This document shows, piece by piece, positions 35,101 through 50,100 of a stretch of DNA of 61,476 nucleotides; the first letter of the stretch is position 1; every line of letters begins with the position of its first letter. Under the pieces are notes generated by a model that was not told the DNA's origin, did not search any database, and saw only the letters and a program-made list of their open reading frames with translations. The position numbers and the translations under genes are program-made. This DNA comes from Candidatus Omnitrophota bacterium (GTDB lineage Bacteria > Omnitrophota > Gorgyraeia > Zapsychrales > Zapsychraceae): NCBI GenBank assembly GCA_016931055.1, contig JAFGFL010000058.1, positions 1 to 61,476 of the forward strand. Reading direction: 5' to 3'.

Positions 35101-38100
35101 GAGCCGATGTTGGGCATGCTCGCGGACATCGGGACGCTTGACGGGATATTGACCGAATATGAGCGGCCGGGGAGCTTCGCGTACGGATACCTTCCTGAAG
35201 AAGCCGCTGCCGCCGCCTTGCTCGGCTTTATGAAATGGAATGATGCCATCAGCGAAATGAACGGCTGGACACCGACACGGACCCTCTGGCTGGCGAAGAC
35301 GAATGAACAGACCGAAGAGGGCATGCGCCGGGCCAACAGGATGAGCAGGGTCGCTCCCAAGACCATCAAAGAGGTGTATGAAATGGTGGAGAGAAGGAAA
35401 ACCCGACTATCGCCGGAGGACCTGGAAAAGAATATCGAGAACCAGAAGACCCTGAACCTGGCCCGGATGATGGACCCCGGGGAAAATTTAATGAACTACT
35501 TCCTGGACGCCCTGACCAGCAAGCTTGGATTCCACATGATTTCCGAAGAGTCTCCGTTCTTGGTCGGGTCGGAGTATCTGGCCTCCACGGCCGGCGCCGG
35601 CGGCGCCTTGAAAAAGATAGGCCTCAACGAGCGTTATCTGTCGAAAATCGCGTTGAATGTTAATCCGAATCCCGACGGCACGTTAAATTTTGACAAGGCC
35701 AGCTATTACTATGTCGGCATGCGGGGCCGGGAACATTACGCCGGCGAGGGGAAAACCGACATCCTCCTCGGCCGCCTGCTGGGCCACGGCCGCCGGGGGG
35801 ATTTTTATTTCGAAGGCGACGGCGGCACGCAAAGGGATTTTAATTTCAGCGGGCTGTTCTTGAAAGAAAGAGAAAAACTGGGGTTGGACAAAGGCGCGAT
35901 TGTTTATACGGATAAGGACGGCCGAAGGGTTGTTAGGACGGTTGGCAAGGGCGGAGAGATATCGCTTGAAGAAGGCTTGATGAATAGCGACGCCATCCTC
36001 GTCCTTGGCGGGGTGTTTCAGCCTGTCGCCGGCGTTGAAACCACAGTTAATTTTGGGACGTTCCGGAATCAAAGGAAAGAAATCGCGCTTAGCGCTGGGT
36101 TAGAGAAGACAACGGATGTCCAAGGGCGGCTGCAGAATAAGGTTGTTGTGAATCAGACGGAGCGCACAGCCCCCGATGGGAGACTGCATTATGATAACGG
36201 CCTGGCCATGCTGGCGAAGGCCAAGGAGGAAAATCCGCTTCTTTCTCTTGAGGAACAAAGGGCTGCTTATTGGAATGGAGTCCTGGGCTACAAGGATGAC
36301 GTCGCCACGCGGGTGCTGGGAGCGACGCAGGATTGGGTCGAAAGCCCGAGCGGCCCGGAGGCCGTTGCCAAGGCAGAGAAGCAGAAACGAGAAGATTGGG
36401 ACAAGTCCATGTATGAGAATATGGCTGCTTTTATAAGAGGGGAAGAGATGCCAACATCCCCATGGTTGACCGACGAGGAGAAAACGAAAATTTTCACTGA
36501 GGCAGAGGAGGGCAGGGAATCTTATGTCGCCGGATTGGACAATAACGGTGTTCCGATTATTAAGCAAGGAAAAAGAGTTCATGTCGCCTTTGCCGAGTCA
36601 AGCGGTGTGAGGGATGAGTCGGGCGAGCAGGACCAGCGTATGCAGCGGGTATCTTTGGCCGGAGACGGGACGCAAACCGCCTTGGCGGCGGAAGAAGTCA
36701 GCCGGTTATCGGAAGTGCAGCATTTCCGCAATAACGGGACGCTGACCCGGGAAGACATTGGACAACTCGCCGCGTTATACGAAGAGCACCACGCGGACAA
36801 AAGCGTTTACAGTATTGAGAAGTTTATCGACGAAACCTTCCAATTTTCACCCAGATCCAAATTAGGGAAAGAACTGAAAGCGGGGCTAGAATTTTATCTT
36901 GCGGGACGGGAAGGAGGGTCACCCGATGCAACCTTTGACCTAGACCTTTACGATAAGAGGCCGGAAGACGGCGGCACGCTAACGATGGGCATCCTCAGCA
37001 AGTCCCAAACGCCAAAAGGCGCCACACAATTAAAATCAGAAACACTCTTCACGTTACCCGCGAATGCCGAAGGGAAAAGGAATTATCTGATGCAGCAGCT
37101 CGATGCTGACAAGGGCCGGGGAGGGTTTATTCAGCAGATCATCTCCGACGCGCCGCTTGCCGCCATAAGCGGGTGGCAGGAGTTTACGGGCATGAAAGAC
37201 ACATTTAACGTGGCCAGCGAAGGCGGCGTCCTGCAGGCGGAACGCGCGGTTTACAGCCACAGCAATTTGGTTGGATTGCATACTCCCGGGGCCCTTGATG
37301 ATTTGAAGAAATTGATGGTTATCGAAAGCGTCAAGCAAATCGTAAGAGAGATACAGGATTTACCCTCGTCGGTAAGCGGCGCCCATGGGCGGAAGTTTGA
37401 CTTTAAGGTGCTTTTAGGGCGGCTGAAGGCCAGCGGCAACCCGGTCAACGAGAAGGATATTGCTTTTTATGAAGAGCAATTTGCCAGCATTAATGGCGAC
37501 ACAAAGAAACTGACGCGGGGGCAAATGATTGCTATTGAAGCGGCGATCGGCGCGTATCAGATTTCGAACGGGAAAAAGGCGACCTTTGATTTTGATTGGA
37601 AAGATTGGGAAGGGGCTTTGCCCGAGGGTGGTATGGATCAAGAGGGTGAAGCCAAGCCCACCAGCAGTCCCCTGCCGTGGTATGAGCACAGCTACAACGG
37701 ATTGGGCAACCTGCTGGTTCATTTATATCCCGATAGTTTAGAAACGGGCGATAACGCCCTTATAAAGGTAGCCCTTGCCATTAAAACACTCCCTACAACC
37801 GACGCAGAAGCGCTGAATGCGCAAGTTCAGTTGGCCTTGCAGGGGATAAATCTCAATGAACCTGTTGTTGAGACGCCGACATCGAAAGCATTTGTTGATA
37901 TGCTGGCCCTGAAGATGAAGGGCGGAGATGGAAAAACGTATATTAATCTTGGATTGGATGAGGACGAGAAATTAACAGGGTTTCAATTAGACGGGTATCT
38001 TGTCCGTGATGAGTCGCCCGAGGCGCTGGCCCGCGGCGTTACCAATCAGACGCTTTACCGGATCGGGAAGGAAGGCGGATCTCCAATGGGAGAAGAGTTT

Positions 38101-41100
38101 AGCATCGCCATGTTCGGCCGTCCGGATGATGCCGTCCTTGGGCTTGATCCTGATATGCGTTTACTGAAACTGGCCAACAATTTCGACCAGCTTGAACAGC
38201 ATGGATTTGAAACGAAGTTCGGAATGGGAAGCTATTTTTATACCGGAGAATTGGGTGAAAACGACAAAGGGGCCCTTCTCCCGACGCAGGGTTCGTTCAT
38301 TGGCCCGGGTGGCAAACTGGCGGTCGGCACGGCCGTCAAGAATTACGGCCTCGGCATTTTAAGAGGAAGCGACGGCAAGCCGGAGTATTTCCATCAGGGG
38401 CTCTACAGAAAGCAAGCCACGGCAACATTGCTGGCAATGGAGCAGCAGAATGAGAAATTGTATTATCAGGAATTGGAGTCAGGAGGCTATGATCAAAGAG
38501 TCCTGATTGAAGGCGACCTGAAAGCGGCTTACGGGCAGGATGACACAGTTGACCGCTTTTATCTGGATGAATCGACCAATGTATGGCGCATCAAAGGATT
38601 ACCATGGTTCCCGATTTCATTCTTAAACGTAAAAACAAAAACGGGGAAAAAAGTTGTAAAGGATTTTATCGATGAGAATGGGATTAGCGAAGAAAGGCTG
38701 GAGCAATATCTTCTGGCCAAAATGCCGCACTTAGCAGGAAAAATCAAATTTGATAGAGTCAAAGATGAGAAAACCGGCGAAGAAGACATGGTTGTTTCTT
38801 CCGAGGCGACCTACAGCAGAGTGCATCAAACAGCAGGCGACTTTTTGATGGCCATGCCGACGCCGGAAGAGGAGGAAACTAATGCCTATTTGAACTGGGC
38901 GATGATTAACGCCATATCCAAGGGCACGCTCAATGATACAACCCGTGATATGAAATTACACAAAGGAAGTTATTTAAATCCAACTACAGGCGAGTTCGGA
39001 ACAGCGAATGATGGGAATTTTGTTCCTCAGAATTCGGAGATGATCATTATTAACAGGAAGAAAGAGGTGGAATCAAAAGCAGCTGATGATACCGGCAGGA
39101 AAATGGCGGAAACCATGAAATATGGCGCAAGCCCATTGAAATCCGATAATGAAACGATTGTTTCACCCGGTGAAGCAAGGATTTCCCCTGTCGTCAACGG
39201 ACTTATCAATGCAGTGACAGGTTCTTCCGGATGGATCCTTGGCCGGGGGGAAACTTTCTTTTCCATGGAAGGCAATGTCGGCCAGAACAAAGGGACGATC
39301 GACGATGTTGATTTCTCTGAATTGGGAGCCAAGAAAAATGAGGATGGTCAATTGACCCCAGGGCCCGGGGAAAGAGGGACAAGATTTATCACTATGCTAA
39401 ACCGCAGGTTGGGGAATTTCACCTTTGACGGGTCGGTGAGTCCTTTGACCAAAAACGATATCACGTTCGGCCTCAACAACGGCGTTCTTGATTTCAGCAT
39501 CGACTTGGCAGGCGGCGACATCCAGGGGATTGGCAGGACCTATGATGAAAACGGTTTGGTGGACATCTCTTCTTTTATACAGGCGTCCTTTGGCCTGAGG
39601 GGAGAAGGGGACAGGATGGTTAAGGAAGGCGGCGAAGGGGATCCAAGGTATAAGAGTTATGCAACGGTCAATAATAATGCGGCGTATGGCATTCAGAATG
39701 GGGAGTTTGTTACGGAAAAAAATATAGCGCCGGATAGTTTTGTCCTTACAAAGGGAGTTCCTAATAAATTAACCGCGTTCGCGCGGGATAATCAGACTGA
39801 GCAAAACGAGCCGGAAAAAATAGAAGTGGATTTTGACAATATTACTGTTGATGATGGACGCCTTATTTTACAAGCCTTTTCAAAGGGAAATGAAGGGTCT
39901 CAAGGCGTCTTTGCTCTCAATGATTTGTTAAAGGCTGTCAGCCAAAAACCAAAAGGGCAAACTTCTCTGAGCCAGAACAACGAGGGAAAAGAAAAAGAAC
40001 CTTCCGCTGTGGCGAGCGATGTAGATCTGGAGAAATTGGACAGAAGCAATAAGATTGTCAAGTTGACGCTGGACCCGGAGAAGAAGAATCAGGTGCTGAA
40101 TATGCAATTGACGACCGGCGGTCCTAAATTCAACGCCTTTGAGGCAGGGAATAAGTTCTTTGTCAAACCCGGCGACTTTTCTTCTAAAGACCAGAATGGT
40201 CAAGAAAAGTCCGAAAAGGAAAGAAGATGGTTGTCGACCGGAAGGCGCACGGATGAGGTTGATGAGAACGGCAACCCGACCGGCAGGCTGTTCCACCAGG
40301 ACAGGGACAAGACATATTATGAGGGGACGGATCCGGTCACTATCGCTATCCTCGGCAACGGGATCATTGATTGGGGCAGCGCCGACTGGAGAGGGGAAAC
40401 GAAGGAAAAGGGCGTTGGCCTGGCGCCGAGATTCACGAATAAGCCATTGCCTGAGGGGGCCCGAAAGGGAGTTATTGATTACGAAGCGGCGGGAATGCAG
40501 TCAAGCCGGCAAAAGGAAAAAGGAGGGCCCTTCACGTTTGGCTGGGACCGGATCTATGCGGATACGGTTAAAGGCAAAATGTACACGCCCGGCCCCGACG
40601 GGCAAAATCGGATGGTGTTGGCAAGAATCGTCGGCACAATGAATACCAGCGAAGGATGGGCGCTTACCTTCCGCGGGGAAATGTCACAGCCGGATATTGA
40701 TGCCAAAGGTGATTCAAGCGGGAAGGCAGGCATTCTTTTCGGTCAACAAAGGTTCCGCTATGAAGACATGGTCCTTAACGGCGAAAAAGCGAGCCTGGTT
40801 CACGCTGACAGCGCGGGAGAATCCTACAATCTTGTCCTTGGCGATGTTGACCAAGACTTGAACATCTTCCTCGGCCCGACGGCGAATTTCGTCAATTCAA
40901 CAAAAGTTAAGCCAGAGGGTTATGGGATGCGTTCTATAACTCAGGAAAAAATCAAGGCTGCGGAGACGGTCTTGGCCCTTATGCAAAAAGCCAAAGAGGG
41001 GAAGCTGCCCGATGTTGAGCTTTCAAAGGACCAGTTTGGCCGTGAAACAAAAAGCGCTTTAAGAGTTGAGTTAATGCGACTTGCGGCTTTAGCGGGGAAA

Positions 41101-44100
41101 GAATATGCGCAATATGCTGAGGCTGTTCATGCCAATCCGGATCTTCTCAACATTGCTATTACAGGACTAAGTACGGAAGGCGTTGCAGTTTCAGTTGACG
41201 AAGGCCTGCTTCAATCCCTTATTACCCAATGGTATGGAGAAAAAGTCCCCATAGAAACTGTAACGAAAAATTGGGGTGATGGCATGGTCACCCAACAAAC
41301 TGTCTCCGTTGAGAAAGATGAGATGGGACAGGAGAAAAGAGTAGCCAGAAAAGTGGTGCCCTATATTTTTGGCCAGAAAAACGGGGAAAATCAAGTGGTC
41401 AATATTCTTATCGGCGATGGCGATACGGGCATTATGCATCCCGTGATTTTCGGAAGCGATGGGAAAAGAATTTTTGGCGATACTGAAATTGCAGTCCAGG
41501 GGAAGGAACAAAACGGACAAATTGCCTTGAATTATGACTATGGCAATGACGGTCTGATAGAGGCGACCGTCGAGGGAAAACCCGTCAGTCTCTATATGGA
41601 TACCACAAACGAAAACAATCTAAGGGTTCTCAATCCAGGACAAAGCACAACAATCATAGGTCAAGAGAATGAAGATGGCCTACGGGATAAGACGGTCGTA
41701 TCACCCGGGCAAGTTCCCCAGCAATCAATTCTCTTAGGATCGAGAGAATACAAGCTTATCTATATGGCAGAAGGCAACAGGATGTATCGCAATGCAGAAG
41801 GCGCCTTGATTTATAGAGATGATGTCGGACGTATTATTTCTGAAGAGCAATATGCCAAAGACATTGCGCCAATAAACCAAAGACTTGTTAAACAATTCAA
41901 AAAAGAAGTTGTATTTGGGGATATATCCGGAGGGGAAAATGCTTCATGGAGAGCTGCCCCATCGACATGGCAAAGACTTAAGAATGCAGTGCTCAACCCT
42001 ATCGATTGGATAAGCGCGGAATACCAATCGGCAAGACATGATGAGTCCCGCCGCCAAAAGTTTGAAAAAGAAACAGGGGTTTTTACATCACCAAAGCTAT
42101 CAGGAATATTAGTACAGCTAACAGAAGAGCCTTTAGGCGTTCTTCAGTTATCCGCTGCGGGTTTTGGGGTGGCAGTAAACGGATTTGAGTATGGGCCAAA
42201 AACACTTCAGCTGGGTAATCAAGGGATGCACCAAATATTGAGCGAAGGAGTTGATTCTTCTTTTGAGGCATCTTCGACAGAAATACAATTTTCGAGGGGC
42301 GAACAGCGCGCAGCTCTAGTAGGGGGGCTTCTTGATCTTGCTGTTGTTGCGGCTCCCTTAGCGAGAGGAACTGCGGTAGGTCTAGAGGCCGTCGGAAGTT
42401 CGATACTGCCAAGATTGGCTCCTCTGAGCCTAAAAGCTGCGGGATATACGGTTGGAGCATCAACGGGCATTACGGCTCTGGATTTAGCTTTGGAACCTGA
42501 TTCAGGGAACAGAAATAGTTCTGGTTTGATTCTGTTGGGTATGCTCGAAGATCTTGGGGGAAGGCAGGTTATCCGAACAGTCGATAGAAAGCTAGATATG
42601 TTGGGCATAACAGAGGGAGGGCTGGCAGCGAGAATTGACAAACAAAGATCGGATGAGAAAGCAGCGTTGATTGATTCTCTGAACGGAAATGCTTTTGGGA
42701 TAGCTGCTTTGGGGGGCATCTCGACAGCAAAGGCGTATCTGCAATGGGCGACAGGGGCTATGGCTCTTGAAATACTTGGCAATCCACAGGAAGCAGGAGA
42801 AGGTCTTGTCGATACGGCTAAATACATTCTAAACTTCAAGGGATCAGAAGATTTGCCAAAGAATCCGGATGGGTCTATTGATTGGGCGGCTGTGGTTTAT
42901 GCTGGTGGAAGTTTACTGGGCACAATGAAAGGCGCTCCAGCTTTCGGAAAAAATCTTAATGCGCTGTCCGTCGGCAGAGTTGGATATATTGCTAAACCTT
43001 TGAGGGGTCTAGCCGCAGCAGCAAAAGCCACCCCGATGACCGCGGCAACTATGACAGGACTGAGTATTGTTATCCCAAATTTCTTCCAAAATGTACCATT
43101 CGCTCAAGCGGTAAACAGTACGGCAACCAATATGGATTCGATTATAAGGGATTCTTTTGTTTATGGAGGCCTTGGAAGCGGGATATCAGCATTAAAAAAT
43201 TCGGCGTTTATGCCGGGACCTGCTTGGGTAAAAGCATCTGGTCTTTCCTTGGGGATGGGCGGATTGTCTGTTGGGGCCGATTATTTAAGCTCGTTATTAC
43301 ACGGCGAGGATTACGGATGGGGAAGAGGGTTCACAGCATTCGGTACAGGGGTGGCTTTAGCTTTAGCTAGTGGTGGTCTTGCTAAAGCAACAGGATTAGG
43401 CGCAAAGATTGGAAAACTTTCTCAAGGGAAACAAGCGCTTGTCTATGGGCCAACGGCGGGGATCATTTCAGGGATAAGCGGTTCTGCCGCAACATCGATG
43501 TTCGGAGGGACTGGAACATTTGGAGATTGGAAATCTTTTGGCGCGCATGTTGTATTACCGGGGGCGCTTGCGGGAATGGCAGCCAAAGCCCCGCGCAATC
43601 TCTCCGGGGCAGATATAGGTGGCGGACATATGCTCTTTTGGGAAAGAGTAGCCAACAAATTTGGGTTAACCACACGAGAAGTGTTGAAAAGTAAATTTGA
43701 TGGCACCCCGTATCTTTCAAGTGCTGGTAAGATGCTGCGCTTAAATTTTACAACTAAATCTGGAGGAATCAATTGGTATGGAATCAGACAGGCGTCGCCT
43801 TTGGCCACGGGACTTACTGCAGCCGTTTCAGTCAGCGCATTGCCTGATTCATTGTTTGGAGACACAAGAGCGGAAGCTATTCAAAACAAAATAGCTTGGC
43901 AGAAAGCCATAGGGGCCGCAACGGCAACAGTAATGTTCTGGGGGCTGAGAGGAAAGGATACAAGCGGAAAAGGATTGAAGGCATTTATAGAAGAAGGTAA
44001 GGGGCTGAGACAGGGAAAACTGTATGGAAATATTTTAAGCGCAGGGGGAGTAGGGTTGGCTGTTTTTGCGCCTGACTCATGGTACAAAGGATTAGGATTA

Positions 44101-47100
44101 GATGAGGAAAAAGCAGCGAAGGTAAAGAGCGTTGTTCAGACTTTAGCAGTGGCTAATTTACTTACAGGCATAGCCGGATATAGGAATGTGTGGAAAGCGT
44201 CAAAGAAATCCGCCCTTTTTGAAAAAGAAGGAATGATGGCTAATGTGGCAAAAAGTGGTGTTGGCCGTTTGTTAAAAGCAGGTCGATTAGAGAGCGGTGG
44301 TTTAAAAGTAGGATTAATGCCGAAATTGGCAAGAGGGGCCAATACAACTTTACAATATGGCGCTAAGGCTGCGAATTTTGCTTCAAAAAGCGGCATTTAT
44401 TGGCCGGCAACATTTGCTTTTCCTTATGCTTGGAATGCTATTCTAGGTGAGAATACTAAACCGGAGTTTCGCACAGGCATGGCTTTAGCATTAATTGCTG
44501 GAGGTATCATGATACCTGGAATGAGGCCTTTTTATAAAGATATGGGCCAGAAATACCACATGCTTGAAACTGGAAAATTTGGTTTGTTCAGTTACAAAAT
44601 TGCGGAAACAGCTCTTCCGGTGATCCCTGCACTAACGATAGGCATGGCATTTATGACTGATATTCAGTCAATGGTGTTCCATAAAGAAGGGCCGTGGATG
44701 AATTTGCTTCAGATCGGATTAGGAAAGGACGATTTTAACCAGATGTTGGAACAAACTGAAATAGATGGAATGCGAAAGACCTATGACGAGCACTATAATC
44801 GGTTAAAAGGACAAATGAGTGGAAGCCAGGCTTTCTGGTATTTGCAGGGAAAAATGTTGGCGGCATCAACATTAAATGACATAGGAAAGCGGGAAGCATC
44901 AGGCGAAATAACTCCAGAACAGGCTAAAATAGAAAGAGAAAGCATCACAGCTGTCACAGATTTTGGCGTCGTAAGCGGTTTTCGTAACAGGATACGGGCG
45001 AACAGTGCCTGGGAAGGCTTTAAAACGGCTCTTTATTTTGGTCCAATACTGTCCTTTGCCCGTCCGTTGTTGGCTGAGGGGTTAGGAAGAGTACCGATTA
45101 TGGGACAGTTTCAAGCTTTTGCAGGAGAGGGAGGAGCAGGAAAAGGAATTGGCGACCGGTTGTTCCGTATGCGTTACTTATCTCCCAGGACGCTTGGCGC
45201 AAGGTATGCCAACAATCTGCTTAAAGCGGTTGATATGACCCAAGGACTGGCGATGGAAGAATATGTCCGGGAAGTTGTTGCTCAACGCCTCTTCATAGAC
45301 CCGTTATTCCAGAAATCAGGCATGAAGATTTATTCTGATGTGGATTCCCCTGAATTCGCGCGGCAGCAGTTTGGATTTGAGACGTTCCAGGAAAGTTTTG
45401 AGTCTGTTGGAAAGTTTAGCGCGTCACGCATTGGCGCGGCTGTCTTAGAAGGGATGACAAGTGATGCTATTAGAGCCGCAAAACTGGAATATTCCAGGGG
45501 CGCGGGAATGAATCCATCTGTTCAACTGCCTTCCGTCGATGAAATTAATGCGTTACTTGCTTCTGGCAATTTAGCCGACCAGCAAGAAGGATTCAGATTA
45601 ATTCAAACGCTCCCCAAAGGCGCGGAACTGACATTGGAAGTTTTAAATGTTGCCGGGAAGCCGGCCTACATGGATGCCGGCAACTATATTTTTGAAGTTG
45701 AAAACCAATCTTCCTGGGCTCAGCCGATGGAGGTTTATACAAAGCATTTAAGCAATGTGGCAAATGGCGCTACTGATCTTCAGCTCATGGATACATTAAG
45801 TTCAGAGGGTGACGCGGCAATGGAGACGACAAAAGAGGCGGCGGCGTTCACTTTATCTCAAAGATTTGATCCTGAAACGATGGCCAGAATATTGGCCGAA
45901 CGCGACTCCAATGGGACAATCTCTCTTCCTGGCGAGAACATGCCGATTGTCCAAACAAGCGTCCTTTTACCCCACATTTACCAGAGAATCGGGACAACAG
46001 AAGGTTTAATGGACCAGGTACATGAAGCTTTCAGTAGACTTGTTAGTCCGCAGGCACAAAGCCTACCGGCAACTTCGGACTTTGTCGTTTCTTCCTTACG
46101 CACATATCAATCTCCTCTGATCGGGCAGTATTCTGGCGTTTCAAAGACAGCGCAGCAACTTGTGGCGACAGATTTTAACAGTCATTCGCTTATGAGCGAT
46201 TATTACAGGACGTATAGCTCTTATATTATCCCCGAGCTGGAATGGACCCAGGAAGAAGGCGAAAGGCTGGAGGCGAAGTTAGGATACCGTCTTAGCCTTG
46301 CGGAATCAGGTGTTTCGAGCCCCATGCAATATTTAGTGAATCCTTTCCGGAGAGGAGTTGTCAGACGAGAGATTATAAGCAGGGAATATTCAAACGGTGT
46401 GAATCGGCGCAATGAGATCAGCCGGCAAATAGATCTGATTAAGAAAGCCGATTTAAAGAATTATAAAGAACAACATTTGAGAGCATTTTTGATTGAATCA
46501 GGAATGAGCTCTGAACAGGTCGATGAATATATAGTTAAAGCGACCGACGAAGAATTAAAAGTAATGCAGAGCCAGCATGTAAAGAAACTTGGCCAGGAAG
46601 TTAATTATTTGGAAAGGATTATCGGATATCAGGAAGGCCAACTCGGGAAAGTTTTGTCCGGTGAGCGGCCGAAAACATCTCTCCTGCAAAGAGTGCTTCC
46701 GGGGCCGACGACAAGAAAACTTGCTGTTCAAGCATATTTCGACCAAAAGGAATCAAAGTCGGAAATTGCTCAGGTATCTTTAAGTATGGGGCTCACGCCG
46801 GAAGACCAGGGATGGCAAGACATTATGTCTGTACGCAGGGATAAGGCTAAAGTCAGCCATGACAGCGAAACGGGGAGGATCGTCAAGAAAGTTGACCTGT
46901 CCGGTTTTAGCGGGGATAAAGAGGCGCTTGGACAGCACCTAGCATCAAAAATCAGGTCATTAAATAGCTTTTCTGTTTCTGGATTTGATTCAAAGGTTGA
47001 AGTAAGTGGCATAATCGATGGCAAGGTTGTCATTTCGTATAATGAGATCACGCCAACACAAGGCCTTCGAGGCCTAGCCTTGCTTGATAGAGCGTCTTTA

Positions 47101-50100
47101 ATTATGGAGGAAATTAGGGGGAAAAATATCATTGAAGCGAGCAGAATCGCAGGGGCAGGAGGGGGAAATATAGGGCTTTGGTTAAACAATATTGAACGAA
47201 GCGATCGCTATAATATGAGTGATGCTGCTTATACTCTCTCGGGAATCCTAGGCTCATCACTTGGCCCTTCAGTGAATGGTGTTGGTGGAGTTGGCAGGCT
47301 TACCAGGCAATTGGAAAACAGCGCTTATCAGGAAGCGATTGATGAATATAGACAGGAACAAGAACTTCAACAGGCTGCTGGCGCCGCAGGAAGGCAGGAT
47401 ATAGTAGAAAGATCTGAAGGGGCCCTTGATATGATGAGATTCATCTGGAAGAGATCTTCCCAGGAAGGCAAAAGGGGAGGGTTCACTGCGCCTAACGCAA
47501 GAGCCAAAGGGATAAAGCGGATATCAGAGGAAATGCTGGTTCTGCCGGATACTCACATGGACCTGACATTCAGGGCAAAGGGAGAAGCAAAAGCTCAAGA
47601 AATGATTAATAGTGAAAGTCGGAAGAAAAAGATATTGAAGAAAACCATAAAGACACTCAACAAATTAGAGAGTTTAGGTATCGATAAACGAAAGCTAGAA
47701 GGACTTGACTATAACACAATATTCAATTTCAGCGATATCCTAGTTCATTTAACAAATCCGGAAGCGACCGAGCACGGCGGGCCGGCTGAATCTTTGCCTG
47801 GAACAGGGAGCGGAGATCCTTTTAGTGTGAGACTCAATATACGGACATTATTGACCAATGGAGATTATTCGTCAGACATTGACGCAATCTTAAACCATGA
47901 ACTTACGCACATTGTCTTGCACCGCGTTGCGCAAGAAACGGGAATGAACGACAAAGGATTAAGGATTGGAGAAATGGCGAATGAGCGCATGGTCGACGCT
48001 GTTACGCCGAGAGAAATCGAGGATATGGCTTATTACGGGACAGTAAGATTTCCGCGGACAACATCAGGACCAAGTATTTTGGGATCAACGGGAACTCCGG
48101 GCGGCCATGCTGGTGCGCACGACGGGCAATTCAGGCAGCGCGCCGACTTGGATCCGGCCAGGAACAGGGCGAAGCAAGTAGGTACTTTTGGCCAGGGAAC
48201 AAACGCTTATGAGATTTATATTGTTGATGGTTTGGAAGCAGATGGTTTCGGTAAGGGTTTTGGCGAAGACAATAAAGTTTATGTTGACCAGGAATCTTGG
48301 GATGCCAATCCGAATGTTGCAGACAATGTTGATGTGCAGCATGAGATCAAGGAATTAGCGCAAGCGAACCGTATCGGCCGCGGGCTTCAAGGGAAGACCG
48401 CCGCTGAGATGACACCGACAGAAGCTTTTTCAAGAGTTAACCAGAATCAACGCGAAATCGAAGTGCTTGGGTTGTCTCATGAGAACGCACAAATTAAAGT
48501 GCCTGAGATGGATATCAAAGAAGCTCAAGCCCCGCCGGTTATGGCGCAGGGTCAAATTGCCCCGATTGCGCCTGTTCTTTCTGCGCCAATTGTTCAGCCA
48601 CAACTCCCAGATTTAACTCCAAACATAATCACGCCAGCAGCGCCCATTACACCCAACATTATTTCTTCGCCGGTCCTGATTCTCGGCAGCAACAATCAGC
48701 CGTCCAGTCTTAAAGATAAAGCTATGATGACTAATCCCGAAGCTCTGGCCGGTGAGGTGAAGGCAGAAACAGCTCAGTTCATCAATAGAGGGGCCTCGGA
48801 CATCCGCATTCCAGGTTCCGATTTGACGTTCCGTCCGGGGGATCAACTCATTTACGACCGGCCGCAAACCATCGCCATCCCTAAGGCCGATGGCAGCGTT
48901 GATCAAATCTTGGTTCGGGAACAGACGATTGCCGCGCCGACGGTCATCAATGGCACGCGCCTTGAGCCCGGCGACAAAGTCGTTTCCTATGACAATAACA
49001 CTTCTGCAGTTCAGGACCGCTCGACGGGTGAAATCAAGTTAGCTTTAAGAGGCGGCACCCAGATGCCGGCCATGCCGAAAACTCAGGCCGTGAAAGTGAA
49101 TGATCAACAGTTTGCGAATTTTGAATTGGCCGATGTGTTTGATCTATCTAGGGAATCGCCGCAACGCACGGCGGTCCAGTTGGACAATCCGTCCATAAGA
49201 GTTCGGCTCTTTGTTGCTTCCTCCGATATCGGCGTTGAAACGAATGCCCAAGAGCCGGTGATTCTCGATAATGATCATCAAAACAAAGTCAGCGCTAGGA
49301 TTGAATTACCTGAGACAATTGGAAGATTCCAAAATGTCTTTGTCACCGAGCAAAGACGCGAGCATGCTGCGCAGGAATACCGGTATGACCCTTCTCTTAA
49401 TGAAGCGGACATCCAAGATTCATTCCAAGCGGCTATTCATGAGGCCGCCAAAATAGAACCGTCGATCAAAGATGCCAAGATTTACAAGGTGACGGCGCCG
49501 TTATCGACGATCAAGCAGGAATTTGAGACGTTCTTGGCTGATGCCTATGGGCAAGATAGCGTCCGCTATGATATGGCCAAGGCCTTGACGCGCAATGAAG
49601 TCCCGGCGGCCTACGCGATGCCGGAGATGGAAGATGGCCGTAAGGTCATTGTTGTTTATGAACAGGCCGCGCAGACGCGGTATGGGTTGCATGAAAATCC
49701 CATTGTCGCCGCGCTTGAACACGAAGCTTTGGCCCAAGCGGAATTAAGCGACACGGAAGTGATTGCTACGCAATTGGCGCGAAGGACTGTTATGGTCCAG
49801 CCCGTGACTCCGACCCAGTTTTCCGCCCAGGTTGCGCGCGATACATATGCGCAAAAGACAGGCTTCGAAGTTATTGACTTCAAAGATCTTCCAGCGGCAA
49901 CACCTGGTGTTGCGGTGGGGCAATCTATGGCAAGGCCCGACGTTGCCGCCGCGCGACCGCTTTCCTCGCCGCTCATGATCCTCGGCAGCAACCAAACAAT
50001 AGGCACTTCATCATTCAATGTCGCGAAGGCAAAGCCGATCGCGCTGGTCGAAACAAACATAAAAGACCAGGCTCAGCGCATTCCTCTCCCTGGGCGAATA

